Below are positions 11,600 to 21,585 of a stretch of 64,000 nt of DNA, piece after piece. Position numbers and translations under genes: made by a program. The DNA comes from Heterodontus francisci (lineage: Eukaryota). The stretch lies in the NCBI RefSeq assembly GCF_036365525.1, contig NC_090404.1:5952001-6016000 (forward strand). The letters run 5' to 3'. The notes under the pieces were generated by a model. It saw only the letters and a program-made list of their open reading frames with translations. It had not been told where the DNA came from and searched no databases. Positions within the stretch are counted from its first letter, which is position 1. Every line of letters starts with the position of its first letter.

Positions 11600-13350
11600 A
11601 ACATGCGAACATACGAATTAGGAGCAGGAGTAGGCCACTCGGCCCCTCGAGCCTGCTCCGCCATTCAATAAGATCATGGCTGAACTGATTACTCGACATT
11701 ACCACTTACCCCCGATAACCTTCAACTCCTTTGCTTATCAAGAATCTATCTACCTCTGCCTTCAACATATTCAAAGACTTTGCTTCCACCACCTTTTGAA
11801 GAAGAGAATTCTAAGGACTCACGAAACTCTGAGAGAATAAAATTCTCCTCATCTCTGTCTAAAATGGGCGACCCTTTATTTTTAAACAGTGACCCCTGGT
11901 TTTAGATTCTCCCACAAGGGGAAACATGCTTTACACATCCACCCTGTCAAGACCCTTCAGGATCTTATATATTTCAATCAAGTCGCCTCCTGCTCTTGTA
12001 AACTGCTGATGATACAAGCCGAGCCTGTCCAAACTTTCCGCATAAGACAGTAGGCCCATTCCAGGTATTTATCTACTAAACCTCCTCTGTACTGTCTCCA
12101 ACGCATTTACAACCTTCCTTAATGAAGGAGACCAGTACTGTACACAGTACTCCAGATGTGGTCTCACCAATGCTCTGTATAGCTGAAGCATAACCTCCCT
12201 ACTTTAGTATTCAATTCCCCTCAGAATAAATGATAACATTCTATTGGCTTTCCCAATTACGTGCTGTACCTGCATACTAACCTTTTGTGACTCATGCCCT
12301 AGGACACCCAGATGCCTCTGCATCTCAGAGCTCTGCAATCTCTCACCATTTAGATAACTTCGCATTTGCCCACATTATTATCCATCTGCCAATTTGTTTC
12401 CAACTCACTGAACCTATCTATATCCCTTTGCAGCCTCCTTATGTCCTCTTCTCAACCTACTTTCCTACCTATCCTTGTGTCATCAGCAAATTTAGCAACC
12501 ATACCTTCGGTCCCTGCATCTAACTCATTCATATCAATTCTAAAAAGTTGAGGCCCCAGCACAGATCTCTGTGGCACACCACTCGTTACATCTTGCCAAC
12601 CAGAAAATGACCCATTTATGCTTGCTCTCGGATTCCTATTAGCTAATCAAGCTTCTATCCATGCCAATATGTTACCCCCGACACCATGAGCTTTTATGTT
12701 CTGAACTAACTTTTGATGTGGCACCTTATCAAATGCCTTCTGGAAATCTAAGTACATCCACCGGTTCCCCTTCATCCACAGCACATGTAACTCCCTCAAA
12801 GTACTCCAATAAATTGGTTAAGCATAATTTCCTTTTCACAAAATCATGTTTACTCTGCCTGATTACCTTGAATTTTTCTAAATGCCCTGCTATACCATCT
12901 TTAATAATAGCTTCAGACACTGGGGGCGGCACAGTGGCACAGTGGTTAGCACCGCAACCTCACAGTTCTAGGGACCTGCGTTCAGTTCTGGGTACTGCCT
13001 GTGCGGAGTTTGCAAGTTCTCCCTGTAACCACGTGGGTTTTCGCCGGGTGCTCCTCCCACAGCCAAAGACTGGTAAATTGGCCATTGTAAATTGCCCCTC
13101 GTGTAAGAAGGTGGTAGAGAATATGGGATTACTGTAGGGTTAGTATAAATGGGTTGTTGTTGGTCGGCACAGACTCGAAGGGCCTGTTTCAGTGTTGTAT
13201 CTCTAAATAAGATAAATAAATTTCCCCTAAGACAGATGTTAAGCTAACTCGCCTGTAGTTTGCTGCTTTCTGTTCCCCTCCCTTTTTGAATAAAAGAATA
13301 AAATTCGCTATGTTCTAATCTAAACGAACCTTCCCCGAATCTAGGGGAAC
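11600..13350 (-). mobile_element. CR1 LINE 3' half
   Basis: Reverse-strand RT motifs (CLTNLLEYFEGVT) and CR1 3' tail near 11600. Confidence 0.85.
12921..13221 (+). mobile_element. tRNA-derived SINE (HE1/V-SINE-like) inserted in CR1
   Basis: ggcggcacagtggcacagtggttagcacc A-box head, central tgcctgtgcggagtttgc domain, (taaa)n tail; interrupts CR1. Confidence 0.7.
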
Positions 13351-13611
13351 AACACGGGCAACTCGCAGCTGGAAGGAAGTTCGGTTTCGATTGGTTCAGT
13401 TAATGAATGGCGCATGGAGAGCTGCAGCTCCCACAGTTCTCAGCGGCTGGGAAATTTGTGGCACGGGATGCGCTGTACTGGGAGAATGGGTCCCACATGC
13501 ACAATTCACCAACCGCTTCAACAAAATAAAGCGAAAGTGCGAGAAATACTCAGCAACTCTGGCAACATCTACGCAGAGAGGCAGAGATAACGTTTATTCC
13601 CACCACGTTCA

Positions 13612-13650
13612 AGTATTTGTCCAGCTCTCTCCGTGCTCTGTATCACTGTG
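13612..13650 (-). other. Second (distal) 23-RSS downstream of the supporting V
   Basis: CACAGTG(13650-13644)-23 bp-ACAAATACT(13620-13612). Confidence 0.85.
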
Positions 13651-13674
13651 TGTCTGTAATCCTCACCATGTTCA

Positions 13675-13713
13675 GGTTTTTGTACAGCTCCCTCCGTGCT
13701 CTGTATCACCGTG
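13675..13713 (-). other. Proximal 23-RSS of the supporting V
   Basis: CACGGTG(13713-13707)-23 bp-ACAAAAACC(13683-13675). Confidence 0.92.
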
Positions 13714-14019
13714 TTATGCGCCGACTCAGTGCACAGTAATACACAGCGGAGTCACTCAGTTGCAGTTTGGAAATTTTGAACCGGCTGATTTTCTCGGCAG
13801 GATCGATAGAAGCAGAAATTCGCCCCCCTACTGCGTTTTCTTTATTCTCCTCTCCTGAAGTGTGTCTCTGAAGCAGGTATTTCGGAGCCTGCCCAGGGGA
13901 CTGACGGTACCAGTGTACTGTGTACTGACAGAACCCTGAATATTCGCAGCTTAAAGTAACAGTGTCACCGGCAGCAGAGTGTTGTACAGGCGGACTCTTT
14001 GAGACCAAGGAACTGGAAT
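13714..14019 (-). CDS. NAR-TCR supporting TCR-delta V segment (no leader exon seen; extra Cys in CDR1)
   Basis: DSSSLVSKSPP...VTLSCEYSGFCQYTVHWYRQ...SDSAVYYCALS; acceptor ttggcag| at 14020 is in phase with the J donor at 18985; 23-RSS. Confidence 0.88.
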
Positions 14020-14804
14020 CTGCCAAATAAAAGTGAATATTATTAACTATTTAGACGCTGTTTACGCGGTGAAACTTGTCAATCGCAGGAATAGTTATTG
14101 TTTTCGCGGTAACTTGCTTCATTTGAAGCCTGTTGGAAATGTATTCACCGTTATTGAGATACGAACCAGTGCGGAGATGATGTGTATTTTATTTTGCACA
14201 GCGAGCTGTTATGATCTGGAATGCAATGTCAGAATGGGTGGTAGAAGCAGATTGATATTAACTTTCAAACAGGAATTGTATAATTGTTGAACCAGGAAAA
14301 AAAAATGCACGGGATATGGAGGAAAAGCAAGGGCTGCGGGAACAATTGGACAGCATCTACAAAGATGATGGGCCGAATGGCATCCCTCCATGTTGTATGA
14401 TTCAAAGATTCTATTACATTTCTGTGTCTATTTTTCTTGGTGGAAGTAAAACTGGAGGAAAAATTTTAATATCAGTGAGAGAATCACTTTCCAAAAATTG
14501 TTTGTCCGAGAGTATCCACCTGTGTTATATCACTACGCACAGGAAGATCCAACAGAGAGTAATGAAGTTCATCTGCGCAGACTGAGCGAAACTAATAGCG
14601 AACATCGGTTGTCAAATGTCAGTCGTTTACAACAGTTCAACACATCACGATTGCTCGCATTTCACTCCATTTGTCTACTTTCATCAATGGGGCCCAATTT
14701 TCTCCATTGCTCTTTAATTTGAAAAAGAATGCAGTTAGTTAAATTTTATTTCTACATTTACTTTGTGTTGTTTGAGGTTTTTTGCCATCATGGGAACTTA
14801 TACC

Positions 14805-14960
14805 GAAGTCTCTCAGTTGTCAGTTGGGTTCAGTTTGCGCAGTTTCCGCAGTGGTTTAACTGTTACTCACTGGGAACCTGCTCTTCCGGCTCTGTGACAA
14901 TTTCAATTCCTTCAGCTCATTGGTTGATTCTCTCCCGTGTTCTCCAAGCGGAGTTTTCTC
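14805..14960 (-). promoter_or_regulatory. Candidate germline promoter/enhancer in the J to supporting-V intron
   Basis: CCAAT (14923-14919), ETS-like CCGGAAG, TGAGTAA, AACCACT, CGGAAA; conserved in the inverted paralog at 10815-10975. Confidence 0.45.
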
Positions 14961-15269
14961 TGAGCTTTCTGTTGTACAGAATCTGCAGAACAGGAACAGG
15001 CCATTCGGCCTGTCCACTCCAACCACTCCACCTGGCAGCGAGATCCACATTCTGTCCTGTCTCTTGGTAAATGTATTCTGCTTAATTCATTTATTCCATC
15101 AGTGCCATCATATATTCGTGTCTCCTTATTCTGGATTCACCCACAAAAGAAATATTTTCGCCATGTCCAGCCGTCCATAATTTAAAAGACTTCCGTGAAG
15201 TATTCATATTATTCTTCATTTTCCAGGGGATAAAAAGCACAGCCTGTTCAAAATTTGCAGATGCTTGTT

Positions 15270-17405
15270 GATTTTTTAAAAAAAATCAGTTTCTCAGTTT
15301 TTCAGGAGGAAGATACATTCCTCTAAGACACAAAAACCCAACAGGATAGATGAATTAACTATAAATAACAAAAACAGTTAAAATTTGCATTAGATCAAAG
15401 GAAGTGGCTCATAAGGTTCCAAGAAAAAGTGGTAAACCCGAGGATTGGGGGCAATTTAGAATCCAGCAAAGGATGACCAAGAAACTGGTAAAGAAAGGGA
15501 AAAGTGAATATTAATGCAAGCAAGCGAGAAACATAAAAGTAAACTGTAAAAGCTTCTTTAGGTATGTGAACAGGAGAAGATTAGCAAGGGCAAACGTGGG
15601 CCCATTACAGGCGGAAACAGGACAATTTATACTGAAGAATAGGGAAATGGTGGAGAAACTAAACAATTACTTTGTGTCTGTTCTTGCGGAGGAAGATACT
15701 GAAAATCTCCCAGAAATACTAGGGGACCAAGGGACTTGTGAAAATGAGGAACTTAGAGACATTAGTATTAAGAAAGTGGTAGCACTCGAAAAATAAACTG
15801 GATTAAAAGTTGATAAATCCCCTGGACCAGATGAACTACATCCCAGAGTGTTGAAGGAGGTGGCTATAGAGATAATGGATACATTGGGGGTTATCTTTCA
15901 AAATTCTACAGATTCTGGAAAGGTTCCTGCAGACTGGAAAGTGGCAAATGTAAACCCACTATTTAAGAAAGGAGAGAGAGAGAAAACGGGGAGCTATAGA
16001 CCTGTTTGTTTGACGTCAGTATTAAGGAAAAGGTTAGAATCTATTATAAAGAATGTGATAACCAGATACTTAGAAAATAATGTTATGATTGGGTAGAGTC
16101 AACATGGATTTATGAAAGGGAAATTATGTTTGACAAACCTGTTGCAGTTTTTGTTTGAAGATGTTACTTGTAGCATAGATAAATGAGAACCAATGGATGT
16201 GTGCATTTGGATTTTTAGAAGGCTTTTGATTAAGTCCCACACAGGAGGTTAGTAAGCAAAATTAGAGCACATGGGATTGGGGGTAGTACACTGGTATGGA
16301 TTGAAAATTGGTTGATAGAGAGAAAACAGAGAGTAGGAATAAACGGGCCATTCTCAGGATGGCAGGCTGTGACTAGCGGGGTACAGCAAGGATCAGTGCT
16401 GGGACCACAGCTGTTCACAATCTATATACATTATTTGGATATAGGGCCTAAATATAATATTTTCAAGTTTGCCGATGACACAGAAATAGGTGGGGAATCT
16501 AAATTGTGAGGAAGATGTAAGGAGGCTGCAAGGGAACTTAGACAGGCTAGATGAATAGGCAAGAACATGGCAGATGGAATATAATATGAATAAGTGTGAC
16601 ATTATCCACATTGGTAGAAAAAACAGAAAGACAGAGTATTTATTAAATGGTGAGAGGTTAGGAAGTTTGTTGACCAAAGGGACCTGGGTGTTCTGGTTCA
16701 TGAGTCACTAAAAGCTAACATACAGGTGCAGCAAGCAATTCGGAAGGCAAATGGTATGTTGGCCTTCATTGCATGGAGTTTTGAGTACAGGAGTAAAGAA
16801 GTCTTGCTGAAATTGTGCAGAGCCTTGGCGAGACCGCACCTGGAGTATTGTGTACAGTTTTGGTCTCCTCATCGAAGGAAGGATACACTTGCCATAGATG
16901 GAGTGCAGCGGAAGTTCACCAGACTAATCCCTGGGATGGCGGATTGTCTGATGAGGAGAGACTGAGGAAACTGTGCCTGTATTCTGTAGAGTTTTGAAGA
17001 ATGAGAGGGGATCTCATTGAAACTTGCAAAATTCTTACAGGACGTGACAAGGTGGATAGAGAAAAGATGTTTTCCCTAGCTGGTGAGTCTAGAACGAGAG
17101 GATATAGTCTTAGAATAAGGGGCATTTATTCATTTAAAACTGAGATGAGGAGGAATGTCTTCACTCAGAGGGTGGTGAATCTTTGGAATTCTCTACCCCA
17201 GAGAGCTGTGGAAGCTCAATCATTGAGCATGTTCAAGATAGAAATCGATATATATCTGATACTAATGACATCAATGGATATGGGGATAACACGGGAAAGT
17301 GGCATTGAGGTAGATGATCAGCCATGATCTATTCGAATGGCGGAGCAGACTCGACGGGCTGAATGGCCTACTCCTGTTCCTAGATTCTTATGCTCCTATA
17401 TTCCT
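15270..17405 (+). mobile_element. CR1 LINE, 5'-truncated and degenerate
   Basis: RT motifs [32 protein letters not shown]. Confidence 0.9.
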
Positions 17406-17439
17406 TTGAATGTAAGAAATCCAAGCTGATAATGTAAGA

Positions 17440-17960
17440 ACATCAGTAATAGGAGCAGGAGTAGACCATTTCACCTTTCAATTCTGCCCCGTCATTCAAT
17501 AAGATCAAAGCTGATCATCTACTCCATCTTCCCTCACTATCCCTAGGTCCTTTAATTCATTTAGTATCCACAAATCTATCGAACACTGCCTGGAATATAC
17601 TCAACCACTGGGCATCCACAGCTTTCTGATGTATAGAATTCCACAGACTCACAACAACGGTTTGACTGAAGACATTTGTCCTCAGCTTAGTTCTAAATGA
17701 CCGACCCCTTGTTCTGAAACTGTAACCCCAAGCTATAGACTGAGGAATCACTGCCCCAGCACCTACCCTGTCAAGGCCCTTAGGAAATTTATATGTTTTA
17801 ACCTCTTATTCTTCTAAACTCTACATAATATATGCAGTGTCTTTTCAAACTCTCCTGATAGGACTATCTCTTTATCCCAGGAATCAGCCTAGTGGAGCTT
17901 TGATTCACTCCCTCTGAAGCAAATAGATCCTTCCTTAAGTAAGGTGTTCAAAATTGTACA
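17440..17960 (-). mobile_element. CR1 3' fragment
   Basis: ORF 17557-17751 resembles the CR1 ORF2 C-terminus. Confidence 0.7.
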
Positions 17961-18984
17961 CCGCAGTACCCTGGAGAACACCGGAGTTCATCACTGCCCT
18001 TCCCTCCATAAACCTCACCCATCACTCTGGTGTCGTATTTATTTTGAACGGCTCAGAATTCGTTTAATATTTCTATCCATTTCGGTGATTTTTATTTGCT
18101 GGTTTTAAATAGATTTTCCTCCAGTCTGCAGTTATTCCCTGGAGTGTTCTTGATCTCCTTTCGAAGAACATTTGCACCTCACCCTCACTCCCTCAGTGTC
18201 CAGTATTGTTCCAATTAACACTGAACAGGTAGACAGTTAAATTAATCCAATCCAATCTCTTAAACATCAATATTCAATATATGGAGGTATCTGCAGCTGC
18301 AAACATTCGTATTTCAGTCTGAGGGCGGAAATGGAGGGAAATGATTGGATGAAGGCAATTGAAATAGATTTAATTTAAAATAGAACTAATTGCAGTCACT
18401 GAATCCCAATAATAAAATGCCATCGGCACCTCCAATAGTGTCGCTTGTATCTGAAGCCTGTTTTGTCATACTGCCGATTTTCTGCTGCTGTAGATATCGG
18501 GCCGGCCGCTGCCGTATTGTGTTCACTCTCCCACTATTCACTTTGTCCGGCACAGACTGCAATCCTCTTCCCGGGAGGGAGCTCTGTGACCCAGCTCCCG
18601 TGCTCACGAAGACATGTAACAGCGGGAGCGGGGTCAGAGTGTCGTCAAACCGACCTCATTTAAACCAGTTAGGAGTGAGGGAGAGAGAAAGTCTGGGATG
18701 CTGATGTGATGCCCCGACATGCCTGTTAAACCAATGCTGATCCAGTTGGGGTCAAACGTACCCAGGCCAGACTGCCTTCTTTGTGGGTGTCTGACATCTA
18801 CTCATTCTGGACTCACTCCCGGACCTGAGTCCTGGTTCATATTCTGCACCCCCCAATCAAAAACTGCAATGGAAAAGCTCCATTTGAAATCGCTGTTTGA
18901 AGGGGATTGAAGTGTTACTGATCATAATAATAAAGTGACGATTAATATTGTGCCTGTAACACGTCGGGGTTTGGAGTCACTTAC

Positions 18985-19075
18985 CGGATGAGACAATCAC
19001 CACCGTCCCGGATCCATCCACAGCACCAGATCGACGCACAGTGACACCGCTCCCAGTCAGGCCGGTACAAGAACT
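18985..19075 (-). CDS. NAR-TCR J segment (RRSGAVDGSGTVVIVSS) with 23-RSS
   Basis: Coding 19036-18985, G-x-G-T motif without F/W (IgNAR-J-like), donor G|GTAAGT; heptamer CACAGTG 19037-19043, 23-bp spacer, nonamer ACAAGAACT 19067-19075. Confidence 0.9.
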
Positions 19076-19382
19076 ACCGGCACCTCAATCTGCCGGCCAC
19101 ACATCACCAGACAGTCGGCGCTGTCCAATTATTCCAGGGGGTTTAGATCAATAAACAATATTTCATGTTTTACATTCCCTGTCGGTTCAAACAGTTCTTT
19201 GTAAGAGTCTGAGTTCTGAGTAAAATGGCCCAGGAACACAGGCGGGAGATGGGCCCTTCATATAAACAGAGAAACATGTCAGAAGGAGGAAATTTCAACA
19301 AAATTAAACCATTTACAGAGATAATTACATCAACCCTGCAATTCAGCACCGAGACCGGGAACTTATATTTAACTTGTACAAT

Positions 19383-19451
19383 GGTATTTGTTCAGGTCTC
19401 TTCCACTGTGACCTCCCCAAAAACACAGTATTTCAAACCAACACAAAATCC
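19383..19451 (-). other. NAR-TCR D segment (TTTTTGGGGAGGT, 19423-19411) flanked by 12/12 RSSs
   Basis: ggtatttgt-12-cactgtg | 13 nt | cacagta-12-acaaaatcc; open in all three frames (FLGR, FWGG, FGE). Confidence 0.9.
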
Positions 19452-19779
19452 CCCGGTATTTGGTAAGATGTTACATGGGACATCAGTTAAACGACGGGAC
19501 TGTGGTTCCCAGTTCCTACTGATAGATCAGGAACCCGTCCGCTGTTAGGGATTTGTAACTGGGATAGGTCATTCCCAATTGCTGTTCACTGACACCAGTC
19601 CCGGGAAAGACATTACCATCCGCACACATTCGGCATTTATAAAACTCAAGATGTTAACGGCAATAATCAAATCTCATTATAAACGAGACTGTGGAGCAGA
19701 CGGTGCGAGGCGGAACTGCGGGGTTTAACGGAGGATTAACTCCGCTTTTTCATTTGTCTCTGTAATAATCTGCAGTGAG

Positions 19780-19817
19780 AGTATTTGTACCGCGGGAAGC
19801 CGAGGCCCATCACTGTG
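19780..19817 (-). other. RSS of NAR-TCR V (22-bp spacer, 23-type)
   Basis: CACAGTG 19817-19811, spacer 19810-19789, ACAAATACT 19788-19780. Confidence 0.9.
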
Positions 19818-20290
19818 TGTTTCTGTAGTACTCAGCTTTACAGTAATAGGTGGCGGTGTCTTCAACTCTCACATCCCGAATTTCCAGCGAAAATGTCCTT
19901 TTTGCCTTTACCGTCCTCACAACGAATCGCCCTCCGCTGGAGATCCGCTCCCGCTCTCTCCCGGTCGGGGTTTGTCTGAAGAAATATCCACTGTTTAAAT
20001 TATAAGCATAACCATGTAAAACACAGGTGATGGTGAGAGACTGACACTCCTTCCTGGTCACCGTTGCCGGGGTCTGTGTCACTGACTGACTGAAAGAGCC
20101 TGGAAATTAAACACAGAGAGTTTAATGGGCCATCAGAGCCGAACCACACAACGAGTTTAAAACCCTAGACAGTGTCTGTAATTCGGATGGACTCGGGCAG
20201 TTTTATATTAAATCCACACAATGTCGGTTTGTTTGCTCGGTACTCACGGGGTAAACAGACACACAGGGTGAAAACAAGGAGGATTCCCAT
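19818..20290 (-). CDS. NAR-TCR V segment: leader exon 20290-20248 (MGILLVFTLCVCLP) plus V exon 20099-19818
   Basis: SVTQTPATVTRKECQSLTITCVL...YFFRQ...ERISSGGRFV...FSLEIRDVRVEDTATYYCKA: IgNAR-like loss of CDR2, extra FR1 Cys, canonical splice sites, open frame. Confidence 0.9.
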
Positions 20291-20793
20291 CGTTCTGCTG
20301 CCTGGAGCTGATGGTTTATATGACGGGGAGCTGGAGACTGCAGCCCTGGACTGCTCTGGGAGACTGGACCTCAGAGCTGGACTGAAATACTTGCGGGGGA
20401 TCGAGTTGATTTGCAGAGGGCAGTGTCCCGGAGATGATTGATGGGCCGCACGTTTCCCGGGTCTCTGACTGTGTGTTGTGTGAATAAGAGACAGGTTTAA
20501 AGAGGGAACCTGCAGTTTTCTGTCGCTTCATTGGGTCTGTGAGTCCGATGTGAAATCCCCTCCCACATTAGTCTGATGTGCAGGGGGTGGGGCTGGGGGA
20601 GTTGTTCTGTCAGTAGAAGCTGCCGCCCTCCTTTCCCCACAGTAATGAGCTGGGAGGTCGCTCCAAGTGTTTTTATTGGGTGGTGTTTGTTGAGGGTGGA
20701 ATGTGGGCCCAGGACACCGGGAGAATCCCCCCTCCCCGCTCTTATTCCAATAGTGCCGGGGATTCTTTAACATCTTTAACATCTTTAACAAAT

Positions 20794-21585
20794 TTTCATT
20801 GCAGCAGCTTTTTCGGGAGCAGAGTGTGAGCGAGTGAGCAGCTGGGAAGGTCAGTTTGAAAGTAAGTTTAATTTCCTTTTGTTTTTCGGCGGAGGCCAGG
20901 GGGCTGCTGGGTAAGTAAAACACTATATATTTGGGCGGTTTAAAATAACTTTCCTTTCATTGCAGCAGCTTTTTCGGGAGCAGAGTGTGAGCGAGTGAGC
21001 AGCTGGGAAGGTCAGTTTGAAAGTAAATTTAATTTCCTTTTGTTTTTCGGCGGAGGCCAGGGGGCTGCTGGGTAAGTAAAACACTATATATTTGGGCGGT
21101 TTAAAATAACTTTCCTTTCATTGCAGCAGCTTTTTCGGGAGCAGAGTGTGAGCGAGTGAGCAGCTGGGAAGGTCAGTTTGAAAGTAAATTTAATTTCCTT
21201 TTGTTTTTCGGCGGAGGCCAGGGGGCTGCTGGGTAAGTAAAACACTATATATTTGGGCGGTTTAAAATAACTTTCCTTTCATTGCAGCAGCTTTTTCGGG
21301 AACAGAGTGTGAGCGAGTGAGCAGCTGGGAAGGTCAGTTTGAAAGTAAATTTAATTTCCTTTTGTTTTTCGGCGGAGGCCAGGGGGCTGCTGGGTAAGTA
21401 AAACACTATATATTTGGGCGGTTTAAAATAACTTTCCTTTCATTGCAGCAGCTTTTTCGGGAGCAGAGTGTGAGCGAGTGAGCAGCTGGGAAGGTCAGTT
21501 TGAAAGTAAATTTAATTTCCTTTTGTTTTTCGGCGGAGGCCAGGGGGCTGCTGGGTAAGTAAAACACTATATATTTGGGCGGTTT
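20794..21585 (+). repeat. Five near-identical 161-bp tandem monomers forming the CR1 5' UTR
   Basis: cattgcagcagc recurs at 20797, 20958, 21119, 21280 and 21441. Confidence 0.93.

Noticed and set aside
10785-15070. Two similar ORFs (10785-11078 minus, 14729-15070 plus) as a duplicated protein gene
   Set aside because: Similarity is confined to a short DNA block with indels around it; better explained as a conserved non-coding element
20794-21585. Regularly spaced repeats that could suggest a CRISPR array
   Set aside because: Units are head-to-tail with no unique spacers, the context is vertebrate, and they are contiguous with CR1 ORF1
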